From the sequence record SRR22947727_843: a stretch of DNA of 45,062 bases; one strand, given 5' to 3'. The notes under the pieces are model-generated. The model ran no database searches, was not told the origin of the DNA, and worked only from the letters and a program-made list of their open reading frames with translations. Shown here piece after piece: positions 26,309 to 36,190 of this stretch; the first letter of the stretch is position 1; every line of letters starts with the position of its first letter. The position numbers and the translations under genes are program-made.

Positions 26309-28164
26309 CCGCTATTTTTCAGACTTTGGGATTTAATACTCAATAATACGGCGGTCAAAGCCGCCGGCGTTACCCCTTCAATATTTTTAGCGGCGCCAAG
26401 TGACGCCGGACGCGCTGCACTTAATTTTGCAATCATCTCAGAAGACAAACCAGCAACGCCCGCATAATGAAAACCATTTGGAATCTTAACGCTTAGGTCC
26501 CGAGCCAATGCCTCGATATCGCGGCCCTGGCGTTCAATATAAGTAACATAGAGCGCTTCTCGCGCAGCCTGATCCAGGGACTCTGTGTCAAACTCGGCTA
26601 GCTGTGGGGTCAAATCAGCGAGATTGGCAATGGTGACACCGGGGATAGAGAGCAGCTCATGTCCATTGCGACGACGCCCATCTAAACCAAGGTCAATTCT
26701 CGCCTGTCGCGCCTGGTTGGGTGACACGGACATTGATGACAGCAGCGAGCGACATTGATCTAGACGCTTCATCTTCTCTTGATACACGCCGTACCTGTGA
26801 CCAGATACCAGCCCAGAGGTGTGTCCTTGCTCGGTCAACCGCTGATCAGCATTATCCGCACGGAGTTTCAATCGAAATTCAGCCCTTGAAGTAAACATTC
26901 TATACGGCTCGGTTGCTCCCCGTGTTGTCAAATCATCGATCATAACCCCAATATAGCTGGTGCTACGATCAAATGTGATGGGACACGCGCCCTTAAGCCG
27001 TTTCGCAACGCCGATTGCCGCAACCAGTCCCTGAGCTGCAGCCTCCTCATACCCTGTCGTGCCGTTAATTTGCCCAGCCAAGAACAAGCCGCCCATCAAG
27101 TTTGATTCCAAATCACTTGATAAACCCTGAGGATTAAGAAAATCATATTCAATGGCATATCCTGGCTGTTGAATTTCTACATTCTCCAAGCCCTGGATCG
27201 ACCGAACATAGGCCTCTTGCACGTCCTCGGGCAATGATGTCGAAATACCATTTGGATAGACGCAGTTTGTCGTTAACCCCTCTGGCTCCAAAAACACCTG
27301 GTGGCTAGATTTATCAGCAAAACGGGTTATTTTGTCTTCGATTGAAGGGCAATACCGCGGCCCAACGCCTTCGATGTGCCCCCCATACATTGCCGACTTT
27401 CCAATGTTCTCCCGAATAATGTCGTGAGTATGGCCATTGGTGTGAGTAATGCCGCAGCTGACCTGCTGAACAGCAGGTCCTTTTGATAAGAATGACAACA
27501 TCACCGGATCACAATCGGCCGGCTGAAGCTCGAGCTGGCTCCAATCAATGGTGTCACCGTTCAACCGGGGCGGCGTGCCAGTTTTCAACCGGCCAAATAC
27601 AGCGCCCAAAGATTCCATCTGCAATGAAAGCTCGTCTGCAGCCTTCTCTCCCATGCGACCCGCGGAAACCCTTTTATCGCCAATATGGATTGTCCCCCGC
27701 ATGAAGGTTCCAGCGGTCAGGATAACCGAGCGGGCGCGAACTTCCGAGCCATCCGCCAAACGAACACCCGTGACAGAACCGGCACTTGACATCAAGGCCG
27801 CCGCTTCCCCCTCGATCAATGTGTAATCTTGCTGAGCAAGCAGCGCCTGAATTGCCTTTAAATACAGCTGCCGATCCGACTGTGTCCGCGGTCCCTGCAC
27901 CGCGGGCCCCTTGCTTCGGTTCAGAAGGCGGAATTGAATGCCCGAAAGATCGGCTGCCCTGCCCATAATTCCATCCAGAGCATCAATCTCACGCACCAAA
28001 TGGCCCTTACCCAAGCCACCAATCGCTGGGTTGCATGACATCACGCCAACCTTGTTTTTGTCCAAAGTTACAAGAGCGGCATTCAATCCATACCGGCAGG
28101 CCGCATGAAGCGCCTCGCATCCGGCATGTCCGCCGCCTACAACCACAACATCAAAATGTTTCAC
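26305..28164 (-). CDS. mnmG: tRNA U34 modification enzyme MnmG (GidA)
   Basis: GGGHAG, MSCNPAIGG, SKGPAV, GPRYCPSIEDK, AGQINGTTGYEEAAAQG and EPYRMFTSRAE motifs. Probable GTG start at 28164 (TTG 28173 is an alternative). Confidence 0.97.
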   Translation of the reverse strand: MKHFDVVVVGGGHAGCEALHAACRYGLNAALVTLDKNKVGVMSCNPAIGGLGKGHLVREIDALDGIMGRAADLSGIQFRLLNRSKGPAVQGPRTQSDRQLYLKAIQALLAQQDYTLIEGEAAALMSSAGSVTGVRLADGSEVRARSVILTAGTFMRGTIHIGDKRVSAGRMGEKAADELSLQMESLGAVFGRLKTGTPPRLNGDTIDWSQLELQPADCDPVMLSFLSKGPAVQQVSCGITHTNGHTHDIIRENIGKSAMYGGHIEGVGPRYCPSIEDKITRFADKSSHQVFLEPEGLTTNCVYPNGISTSLPEDVQEAYVRSIQGLENVEIQQPGYAIEYDFLNPQGLSSDLESNLMGGLFLAGQINGTTGYEEAAAQGLVAAIGVAKRLKGACPITFDRSTSYIGVMIDDLTTRGATEPYRMFTSRAEFRLKLRADNADQRLTEQGHTSGLVSGHRYGVYQEKMKRLDQCRSLLSSMSVSPNQARQARIDLGLDGRRRNGHELLSIPGVTIANLADLTPQLAEFDTESLDQAAREALYVTYIERQGRDIEALARDLSVKIPNGFHYAGVAGLSSEMIAKLSAARPASLGAAKNIEGVTPAALTAVLLSIKSQSLKNSG

Positions 28165-28172
28165 GTGAAACA
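28157..28172. other. parS centromere site (over the mnmG start)
   Basis: Second perfect TGTTTCACGTGAAACA. Confidence 0.93.
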
Positions 28173-28178
28173 AGCCCC

Positions 28179-29465
28179 CTACTTCCCCAAGCAAAAGCTT
28201 GAGAAGATTTCATCCAATACAGATTCTATATCAATCCGACCAAAAACGAAATCCAATTCACTAAGCGCGAAATACAGCTCTTGGCTAGCCAATTCAAAGG
28301 GCAATGGGTCGGCATGAGTCAACTCCAATACCCGCCCAAGAAAGGATTCCGCCGCACGCAAACCCGTGATTTGACGTTCTCGAATAGCCACCACATCTTG
28401 CGGAGTTTTAACCAGTAACCGTTCAGCAATAAGGCTCAGTAATTCTGATACACCTTCCCCGGTTTTTCCCGACACTGTACCAACATCAGAGCTTCGCTCA
28501 TCTCCCTTATTCAGCCGAACAATATCTCCATCACGCAGAGCAGTAGGGAGAGGCTCCCCCACCTCTTCAACCAAGAACACACGAATATCAGCGGCGGCTG
28601 CCATCTCATATGCCTTTGAAATTCCTAAGCTTTCAATCTCATCCTCTGACTCGCGTAAACCCGCTGTATCTAAAAAACTCACAGCCAGCCCTTGCAAATC
28701 AACCCGGCACTCGATCACATCTCGCGTCGTTCCCGCCACATCAGAGGTAATTGCAGCTTGCCGTCCCACAATGGCATTCAACAGAGTGGATTTACCAACA
28801 TTGGGCGCGCCGATTATCGCAACCGTAAAACCGGTACGAATTTTTGACGCCATCATAGACCGCTCCAATATTGCAGCGATCGACGCACGCGTCTCCTCAA
28901 CCAGGCTGATAACCTCGACAGAAAGATCATCCGGAATTTCCTCATCCGAAAAATCAATACTAGCCTCCAGCAGCGCTGCCGCACGCAACAACTTGCCCCG
29001 CCACATCTCCCCGGCGTCCCCGAAACGACCATCCAATACACGAATGGCTTGCTCGCGTTGCGATTCGGTTTCAGCATCAATGAGATCTGACAAGGCCTCG
29101 ACCTGATTAAGATCTAATTGGCCGTTTTCGAGCGCACGGCGGGTAAATTCACCCGGTTCTGCAAGCCGGCATCCCTCTTGTTCCGACAGTTCCGACAGCA
29201 ACTTGGCCACAGTGGCCAGGCCCCCATGGACCTGAAACTCTACAACACGCTCGCCCGTAAAGCTTGCACCTTGCTCGAAACATAGCACAAGTGCCTGATC
29301 AATAAGCGCCCCATCGCGTCCCCGAACCGCCCGCAGGCCGGTCCGACCAACCGCCGGCAATTTGCATAATATTCTTGCTATATCAAATGCTTGAGGTCCA
29401 GATAAACGGATAACAGAGACCCCTGCCCGACCCGTTGCCGTCGCCTGCGCAAAAATACTGTCCAT
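28179..29465 (-). CDS. mnmE: tRNA modification GTPase MnmE (TrmE)
   Basis: SFTGE..VE..HG, PGEFTRRA, GAPNVGKS, AGTTRD, DTAG, NKxD and terminal FCLGK motifs. Confidence 0.96.
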   Translation of the reverse strand: MDSIFAQATATGRAGVSVIRLSGPQAFDIARILCKLPAVGRTGLRAVRGRDGALIDQALVLCFEQGASFTGERVVEFQVHGGLATVAKLLSELSEQEGCRLAEPGEFTRRALENGQLDLNQVEALSDLIDAETESQREQAIRVLDGRFGDAGEMWRGKLLRAAALLEASIDFSDEEIPDDLSVEVISLVEETRASIAAILERSMMASKIRTGFTVAIIGAPNVGKSTLLNAIVGRQAAITSDVAGTTRDVIECRVDLQGLAVSFLDTAGLRESEDEIESLGISKAYEMAAAADIRVFLVEEVGEPLPTALRDGDIVRLNKGDERSSDVGTVSGKTGEGVSELLSLIAERLLVKTPQDVVAIRERQITGLRAAESFLGRVLELTHADPLPFELASQELYFALSELDFVFGRIDIESVLDEIFSSFCLGK

Positions 29466-29474
29466 TCGCTACAC

Positions 29475-30746
29475 TTAGGTGTTCATGGAATCGAAGAATT
29501 CAGAATTGGATTTGGTCTGCTTCAATTTCGAGATCAAGAATTCTATCGCATCAGTCGTCCCCATCGGATTCAAGATCCGGCGCAAGACATAGGTTTTTTG
29601 CAGATCGACTTTATCCACCAGCAGATCTTCCTTACGCGTTCCTGATTTCAAAACGTCCATTGCTGGGAAAACGCGTTTGTCGGCAACTTTCCGGTCCAAG
29701 ACGATTTCCGAGTTACCAGTGCCTTTAAATTCTTCGAAAATAACCTCATCCATGCGGCTGCCTGTATCAATCAAAGCGGTCGCAATAATAGTCAAAGAGC
29801 CGCCTTCTTCAATATTTCGTGCTGCGCCAAAAAAGCGTTTTGGCCGCTGCAAGGCATTCGCATCCACACCACCGGTCAATACCTTACCGGAGGACGGCAC
29901 CACCGTATTAAATGCCCGACCCAATCGAGTGATCGAATCAAGCAAAATGACCACGTCACGTTTGTGCTCAACCAAACGTTTCGCTTTTTCAATCACCATT
30001 TCGGACACAGCAACGTGACGCGTCGCGGGTTCATCAAAGGTCGAGCTCACAACCTCACCCTTCACAGACCGCTGCATATCGGTAACCTCTTCCGGCCGCT
30101 CATCAATCAACAAAACGATCAAATAACATTCCGGATGGTTTCTTTCGATAGAATTGGCAATGTTTTGAAGTAAAACGGTTTTACCCGTCCGTGGCGGTGC
30201 AACGATCAAAGATCTTTGACCCTTACCAATCGGGGCAACCAAATCAATAATCCGCGCCGAGCGATCCTTCGTCGTGGGATCCTCAAGCTCCATTTTCAAC
30301 CGCTCATCTGGATAAAGCGGCGTCAGATTTTCAAATGCCACCTTATGACGTGCGCGCTCTGGGTTCTCAAAATTGATCTTCTCAACCTTGGTCATACCAA
30401 AATAGCGTTCTGTATCCTCTGGCGCCTTAATGATCCCCTCAATGGTATCTCCGGTCCGCAGAGAGAATTGCCGAATCATTTCTGGAGAAACATAAATATC
30501 ATCTGGACCTGGCAAATAATTTGCTTCTGGAGACCGCAAAAACCCAAAGCCGTCTTGAAGCACTTCCAAAACCCCATCTCCAGAGATTTCCGCTCCATCT
30601 TCAGCGCGCTCTTTCAAAATTGAGAACATCATATCGCCCTTACGCATGGTCGACGCGTTCTCAATTTCCAGCTCTTCCGCCATAGAAAGCAGATCTTTTG
30701 GGCTTTTCGCCTTTAATTCGGCCAAAGTCACACGGTTACTTGTCAT
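29475..30746 (-). CDS. rho: Transcription termination factor Rho
   Basis: [33 protein letters not shown] and FEEFKGTGN motifs. Confidence 0.98.
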   Translation of the reverse strand: MTSNRVTLAELKAKSPKDLLSMAEELEIENASTMRKGDMMFSILKERAEDGAEISGDGVLEVLQDGFGFLRSPEANYLPGPDDIYVSPEMIRQFSLRTGDTIEGIIKAPEDTERYFGMTKVEKINFENPERARHKVAFENLTPLYPDERLKMELEDPTTKDRSARIIDLVAPIGKGQRSLIVAPPRTGKTVLLQNIANSIERNHPECYLIVLLIDERPEEVTDMQRSVKGEVVSSTFDEPATRHVAVSEMVIEKAKRLVEHKRDVVILLDSITRLGRAFNTVVPSSGKVLTGGVDANALQRPKRFFGAARNIEEGGSLTIIATALIDTGSRMDEVIFEEFKGTGNSEIVLDRKVADKRVFPAMDVLKSGTRKEDLLVDKVDLQKTYVLRRILNPMGTTDAIEFLISKLKQTKSNSEFFDSMNT

Positions 30747-30869
30747 GGAGTCTCTTCCTGCCCAAGATCGCCCCGGGCACCACAGATGTCATTAAGAAAA
30801 AGCAATCCCGAACGGGAGCGCGATCTCATTACTGAAAACCAAGCGACAAGTCAAATATTACAAACTTAT

Positions 30870-31322
30870 TTAAAATGGCCGAACCACAACCATTATAACA
30901 ATTGCCAGTAACAAAACTGTCGGAACTTCATTCATAATTCGGTAGGTTTTTCCAGTCAGATGATTTTCACCATTCTCGAAATCTCTTTGCCTCTTGGCCA
31001 GCCAAACATGAAATACTGTCATTGCCACAATGGATATCAATTTCACCCAGGGCCAAACCTCTGACCAATTCAACACGCCGGGTATGATCGCCAAAGATAA
31101 CCCAAAGCCCCACGTCGCAAGCATGGCTGGTGTCATAATGACCTTCAACAACTTTGATTCCATCATGCAGAATAATCTATCTGTATCAGATGGAACTTTA
31201 ACTTTTTCACTATGATGTACAAAAAGGCGAGGCAGATAAAAAATCCCAGCCATCCAAGAAATGACGGACACGATATGACCAGCTTTTAACCACGGGTACA
31301 TTGCAATTAAGTAATCTATCAT
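30870..31322 (-). CDS. hemJ: Protoporphyrinogen IX oxidase HemJ
   Basis: W.KA.H...VISWMAG.FYLPRLFV.H and R.MNEVPT motifs; four TM helices. Confidence 0.9.
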   Translation of the reverse strand: MIDYLIAMYPWLKAGHIVSVISWMAGIFYLPRLFVHHSEKVKVPSDTDRLFCMMESKLLKVIMTPAMLATWGFGLSLAIIPGVLNWSEVWPWVKLISIVAMTVFHVWLAKRQRDFENGENHLTGKTYRIMNEVPTVLLLAIVIMVVVRPF

Positions 31323-31717
31323 CGGACTGTATTTCTACCCCTCTATATTAATAAAGATAATATATGATTTTAGTAGAGAGATGTAGTGCCGTCAGACTCT
31401 GTGGATCAAATTTTATAAATCCATTTATCCACAGATGGATAAAAACAACCAACGTCTCAAAATAATTAAATTAAACGCCTATAAACAGAAACTTAAAAAC
31501 AGACCTTGTGTGTAACCCTGTTGATAGAATTGTTAAACTACACCATAATAAAAATTATCATCGGCACTAAATTATCCATATCCACAGAAGATAAATCCGT
31601 TGAAAAATCCTGAACCCTGACGAAATCCAGGAAGAATTCTTGTATTTGCATAAATCCGCAATTACCCCCACAGTTCAGTCACAGGTCACACAAAACATAT
31701 CCACAGGTTTATCTCAC
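31323..31717. other. Chromosomal replication origin (oriC)
   Basis: AT-rich gap of about 395 bp between divergent genes. DnaA boxes: TGATCCACA (31400-31408, minus), TTATCCACA (31425-31433), TTACACACA (31507-31515, minus), TTATCCATA/ATATCCACA (31572-31586) and ATATCCACA (31697-31705). parAB, parS and mnmG are nearby. Confidence 0.85.
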
Positions 31718-33133
31718 ATGGATCTCATCCTCGCGTCTCAATCAGCCACGCGCAGTCGCATTTTAAACTCTGCACGAATAAGCGCTCAGTTTATGTCACC
31801 GCAAATTGATGAAGAAAACATTACGAAATCTCTGATTGCAGAACAGGCCCTGCCCCGCGACATTGCCGACACTCTAGCCGAACATAAAGCGCTAAAAATA
31901 TCCCGAAAGAATCCAGATAGTTGGGTGATTGGATGTGATCAAATACTGGTTTTTGAGGGCGAAATTTTCGGAAAGCCCGCCTCACCCGAGGCGCTCAAAA
32001 CCTCTCTATCTCGCCTTTCTGGGAAAACGCATCGTTTGATTACTGCTAATGTCATCTACAAGGACAGCAAACCTCAATGGCGACATATTTCAATCAGCCA
32101 TATGTCTATGCGCTCTATGAGTGCGGCTGAGATAGACGCCTATATAGAAGCTCATTGGCAGGATGTGAAACATTCAGCCGGGGGCTATCACTTTGAAAAA
32201 ACGCCAGATCTGTTTGCTGATGTCCGTGGCAATTGGTTTGATATTATGGGGCTTTCTATCGGGCCAATCATCAGTTTTTTGAACCAGACCAATACAACCG
32301 CTCCGTTTCAAACCCCTAAACTTGCGGCGGTTTTGGGGCATCCGATAGCGCAGAGCAAATCGCCCTTGATGCATGGGCATTGGCTTAAGAAAAATCAAAT
32401 ATCAGGCGATTATTTCGCCATCGACATTCCCCCCGCACGCTTTAGTGAAACGGTGCGCATGCTGTTTAACCTAGGCTTTTCAGGTTTCAATGTCACCATT
32501 CCGCACAAAGAACAAGCATTGGCATTTGCGGATGACGCCACCCCCCGGGCGCAACGCATTGGAGCATCCAACACTTTGATAAAAAAGGACAATGTCAATA
32601 TTAATGCCGATAATACAGACGGTTATGGATTTATGACCAATCTGATCGCTCAAAGCACGACGTGGCAGCCAAGCGCTGGTCCATCTTTGGTGTTGGGCGC
32701 AGGTGGCGCTGCGCGGGCGATTTTGGTTGCTCTTTTGGACGCTGGCGCACCCAAGATTTACCTTTGTAATCGTACCCGTGCACGGGCAGAAGATTTGGCC
32801 GCTGAGATTTCAGATCTCATTGAAGTGATTGGGTGGCAGGACAAAGAGGATATTTTGCCAAAGGTGTTCACCGTGGTGAACAGCACCTCGCTTGGGATGA
32901 TTGGAAAACCTGCCTTAGATTTCGATTTGACCCATGTGAATCCGCGCGCCCTGGTCGCTGATCTCATTTACGCCCCCCTCGAAACCCAGCTTTTGAAGGA
33001 TGCGCGGGCGCGTGGATGTGAGGTGGTGGGCGGTATTGGTATGTTGTTGCACCAAGGTGTCCCAGGGTTTGAGGCTTGGTTTGGCACCCGGCCCGTGGTG
33101 GATCAAGAGCTAGAGGCATTGGTGCTCACATGA
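31718..33133 (+). CDS. aroE: Fused Maf-family nucleotide pyrophosphatase / shikimate dehydrogenase
   Basis: The first ~190 aa carry Maf motifs (LILASQS..R, IDE, GCDQ, GKP, LSGKTH, AGGY, GL). The remainder carries AroE motifs (GHPIAQSKSP, NVTIPHK, NTD, GAGGAAR, NRT, DLIY, GMLLHQG). There is no stop between them. Confidence 0.9.
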   Translation: MDLILASQSATRSRILNSARISAQFMSPQIDEENITKSLIAEQALPRDIADTLAEHKALKISRKNPDSWVIGCDQILVFEGEIFGKPASPEALKTSLSRLSGKTHRLITANVIYKDSKPQWRHISISHMSMRSMSAAEIDAYIEAHWQDVKHSAGGYHFEKTPDLFADVRGNWFDIMGLSIGPIISFLNQTNTTAPFQTPKLAAVLGHPIAQSKSPLMHGHWLKKNQISGDYFAIDIPPARFSETVRMLFNLGFSGFNVTIPHKEQALAFADDATPRAQRIGASNTLIKKDNVNINADNTDGYGFMTNLIAQSTTWQPSAGPSLVLGAGGAARAILVALLDAGAPKIYLCNRTRARAEDLAAEISDLIEVIGWQDKEDILPKVFTVVNSTSLGMIGKPALDFDLTHVNPRALVADLIYAPLETQLLKDARARGCEVVGGIGMLLHQGVPGFEAWFGTRPVVDQELEALVLT

Positions 33134-33723
33134 GTTTTCTTTTGGGATTGACCGGATCTATCGGCATGGGAAAATCAACAACCGCCCAGCTTTTTGCTGA
33201 TCGGGGTTGCAAGGTTTGGGATGCCGATAGGACCGTGCACCGCGCCTATGGTGAAAACGGCGCGGCGGTGGCCAGTATTGCCAAGATTGCTCCGAGCGCC
33301 GTGTCTCAAGGTTTTGTGGATCGAGCAAAGCTTCGAGCACTTATTTCACAAGACGCAAAACTATTACCCAAGCTAGAAGCGATCATTCATCCCCTTGTTA
33401 AAAAAGACCGGGAGGCTTTTATTGCCAGTAACCCGGGGTCCATTTTGGTTTTTGATATTCCACTATTGTTTGAGCTCAATTCCGCAGCTGATTTTGATGC
33501 AGTGGCCTGTGTCTTATCGAGCCCCGAGGTGCAAGAATCTCGTGTTTTGGCACGATCAGGGATGACAGCGGAGCATTTTCAAATGATCCTATCTAAACAA
33601 TGGCCCGCAGAAGAGAAAGCCGCGTGGGCCGATTACATTATTGATACCAATAGCCCCGAAACAGCCGCGCGGGCGGTCGACGTTATTTTGGCAGATATCA
33701 AGAAAAGGCAAAAAGATGCGTGA
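33130..33723 (+). CDS. coaE: Dephospho-CoA kinase
   Basis: [21 protein letters not shown] and DIPLLFE motifs. ATGA overlap with the fusion gene. Confidence 0.95.
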   Translation: MSFLLGLTGSIGMGKSTTAQLFADRGCKVWDADRTVHRAYGENGAAVASIAKIAPSAVSQGFVDRAKLRALISQDAKLLPKLEAIIHPLVKKDREAFIASNPGSILVFDIPLLFELNSAADFDAVACVLSSPEVQESRVLARSGMTAEHFQMILSKQWPAEEKAAWADYIIDTNSPETAARAVDVILADIKKRQKDA

Positions 33724-34411
33724 AATTGTTTTGGATACAGAAACCACCGGATTCGAGCCAAGCGAAGGGGATCGGATTGTTGAAATTGGCGCGGTTGAAT
33801 TGTTCAACCATTTGCCAACTGGCCGCACGTATCACCAATACATTAATCCAGAACGCAATATGCCGGAGGCTGCGTTTAATGTGCATGGTCTGAGCGAAGA
33901 ATTCCTATCGGATAAGCCTATTTTCAAGAACATTGCCCAAGAATTTATCGATTTCATTGCGGACTCCAAGCTTGTCATACACAATGCATCTTTCGACATG
34001 AAATTTTTGAATGCAGAACTTGGGTGGGTCAATCGGCCGGCTTTGCCAAACGATCAAGCCATTGATACTCTTGCGATTACACGCCGTAAATTCCCTGGCT
34101 CGCCCGCTTCGCTGGATGCTTTATGCCGCAGATTCGGCATTGATAATTCCTCGCGAACACTGCATGGAGCATTGTTGGACTCTGAAATCTTGGCAGAAGT
34201 TTATCTGGAGCTGGTTGGTGGCCGGCAGCCAGATTTGGTTTTGTCCGGCCCAGAGGTCAAAACATCCACCGATGGCTCACAATCCCCCGATTGGCGCCCC
34301 GCGCCTCGACCAAAACCCTTGGCATCCCGGCTGTCAGACAAAGAAAAAGCGGCGCATGAAACATTCATCGCCGCTTTGGGATCTGATGCACTTTGGACAA
34401 AAGAGACTTAG
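33716..34411 (+). CDS. dnaQ: DNA polymerase III epsilon subunit
   Basis: Exo motifs DTETTG, HNASFD and HGALLD; clamp-binding-like QPDL. Confidence 0.96.
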   Translation: MREIVLDTETTGFEPSEGDRIVEIGAVELFNHLPTGRTYHQYINPERNMPEAAFNVHGLSEEFLSDKPIFKNIAQEFIDFIADSKLVIHNASFDMKFLNAELGWVNRPALPNDQAIDTLAITRRKFPGSPASLDALCRRFGIDNSSRTLHGALLDSEILAEVYLELVGGRQPDLVLSGPEVKTSTDGSQSPDWRPAPRPKPLASRLSDKEKAAHETFIAALGSDALWTKET

Positions 34412-34914
34412 TTTGCTTTCACTTTCGCGTTTTCAGCAACACGCCGTTGAATTTCATTGCGATACAATTGAACGAAATCCATTGTGTCGAGGTTGAGTGG
34501 CGGGAAGCCACCATCTCGTGTTACATCGCTGATGATGCGGCGCAGGAAGGGGAAGATCATGCGTGGGCACTCGATCATCAAATAGGGATGAAGTTGATCT
34601 TCTGGCAAGTTTTCAATGTGAAAAATGCCCGCATATTCCAGCTCTAACAAAAACATCGCTTCGCCCTTATCTTTGGTCTTGGACGAAATTTCTGTCTTGA
34701 TGATGACCTCAAACTGGTTTTCGATCGGGCGCTTTTTTGCATCGATATTAACCTGCACAGACACATCGGGCTGTGCTTCACCGCTAATGCCTTTCTGAGC
34801 TAAAATATTCTCGAAAGACATGTCACGAATATACTGGGCCAGAACTTGCATTTTCAAAGGCTTTTGTGCGGCCTCTTCTTCATTTTTGGCATTTTCAACC
34901 GGTTTTTGTGCCAT
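34408..34914 (-). CDS. secB: Protein export chaperone SecB
   Basis: [22 protein letters not shown] and GGFPPL motifs. Start at 34914 after GGAG. Confidence 0.95.
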   Translation of the reverse strand: MAQKPVENAKNEEEAAQKPLKMQVLAQYIRDMSFENILAQKGISGEAQPDVSVQVNIDAKKRPIENQFEVIIKTEISSKTKDKGEAMFLLELEYAGIFHIENLPEDQLHPYLMIECPRMIFPFLRRIISDVTRDGGFPPLNLDTMDFVQLYRNEIQRRVAENAKVKAN

Positions 34915-34969
34915 TCTGGTCACTCCTAAAAATATATCCCAAGCCGCATAGCAGGATCTGCGGCAACCC

Positions 34970-35428
34970 TCAATGCTTTGTCGGGCCAGAGGAGGGGCTC
35001 TGCTCTGAAATATCTGTATATTCCGCATCAATGACGGTGTTATCTGGCCCGGTCTCGTGGGGGGAGAATTTCATATCGGCTGATTTAAGCTTTGAGCGGA
35101 TCATTTTCGTAATCAGGTTGCGGAAAGGTGGGAAGAGAAGCAAAAACCCGAAGGCATCGGTGAAAAACCCCGGTGTCAGCAGTAACGCCCCAGCAAATAA
35201 AATCATTGCCCCGTGCGCCAAGGGCTCGGTTGGATCTTTCATTGCCTGAAACGATCCTTGGAGCGCATGTACCACCTGCGTGCCCTGACTGCGCACCAGC
35301 GCGGTTCCAACAATGGCGGTCAATAAAACGATAAGCAACGTTGGCCAAAGACCAATTGCGTCACCGACTTGGATAAAAAGGCCGATTTCAATTAAGGGCA
35401 CCGCTATAAAAGCTATCAACAACCGCAT
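34970..35428 (-). CDS. fxsA: FxsA family membrane protein
   Basis: PLIEI...I.VG..IG, LLLTPGFFTD..G and terminal VIDAEY motifs. Confidence 0.9.
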   Translation of the reverse strand: MRLLIAFIAVPLIEIGLFIQVGDAIGLWPTLLIVLLTAIVGTALVRSQGTQVVHALQGSFQAMKDPTEPLAHGAMILFAGALLLTPGFFTDAFGFLLLFPPFRNLITKMIRSKLKSADMKFSPHETGPDNTVIDAEYTDISEQSPSSGPTKH

Positions 35429-35533
35429 TTTGGCTCTCCGATTCACCTGTGTGCTGGTGGACTTGAACCACCTGCTGTCCTACATAGGTAACAAGTTCGA
35501 ATAATTCTATTCCTCATGGGGCAACAGATCACA

Positions 35534-36190
35534 ATGAATATGCAAATTATCCAATTATTGGCGTTGGCAGGTATCGCCATCTATCTCATTTTGAAGTTGC
35601 GGGGTGTTCTGGGCACAAGAGATGGTCATGAGGGTCCACGCGCGAATATCGTTGCACGCGCCGATGATCGACCCAAGCTTGAGGTGATCGACGGTGGTCC
35701 AGATCAGGATATCACAGATCACGTTGCAGAAGACAGCGACGCAGCTCGGGCACTTTTGGGCATGAAGCAAGCGGAGCCGTCGTTTTCTGTAACAGAATTT
35801 CTGTATGGTTCGAAAAGTGCTTATGAAATGATTTTAATGGCTTTCGAGAATGGTGACTTGGACAGCGTCAAAGCCTTCTTAAATCAAGATGTCTATGATG
35901 CCTTTGCTTCGGTTGTGGAGGCCCGCAAAGCACAGGGCCTGTCGATTGAGGCAGAATTCATTGGCGTGCGGGATACTGGCTTAATGGGCGCGACGTTTGA
36001 CCCCAAAACCAACGCAGCAGAGATTGATGTGCGCTTCATTTGCGAGCTCACCTCAGTGGTGCGCAATTCGGATGGAGATATTATTGAGGGCAATGAGACT
36101 GAGGTTAAACGCCAGCGCGATGTTTGGACTTTTGGCCGCACTATGGGCGCCGACGATCCAAACTGGCAGCTCATTGCCACGGGCGAATGA
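35534..36190 (+). CDS. Tim44/TimA domain membrane protein
   Basis: N-terminal TM helix plus LR.VLG.R.G, F....F..G...AYEMI..AF..GD and DVWTFGR....DPNW.L. Start 35534 or 35516. Confidence 0.9.
   Translation: MNMQIIQLLALAGIAIYLILKLRGVLGTRDGHEGPRANIVARADDRPKLEVIDGGPDQDITDHVAEDSDAARALLGMKQAEPSFSVTEFLYGSKSAYEMILMAFENGDLDSVKAFLNQDVYDAFASVVEARKAQGLSIEAEFIGVRDTGLMGATFDPKTNAAEIDVRFICELTSVVRNSDGDIIEGNETEVKRQRDVWTFGRTMGADDPNWQLIATGE

Noticed and set aside
30806-30817. Short hairpin TCCCGAACGGGA in the rho leader as an attenuator or hemJ terminator
   Set aside because: The stem is only 4-5 bp and the T-run is offset from it, which is too weak to call without transcript data.
31640-31717. N-terminal extension of the Maf-AroE ORF from TTG 31640
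   Set aside because: It runs through origin sequence containing a DnaA box. The Maf fold starts at MDLILAS (ATG 31718).
32164-32172. parS-like half sites (TGTGAAACA here, GTGAAACA near 13755)
   Set aside because: Only one arm matches, with no palindromic partner.
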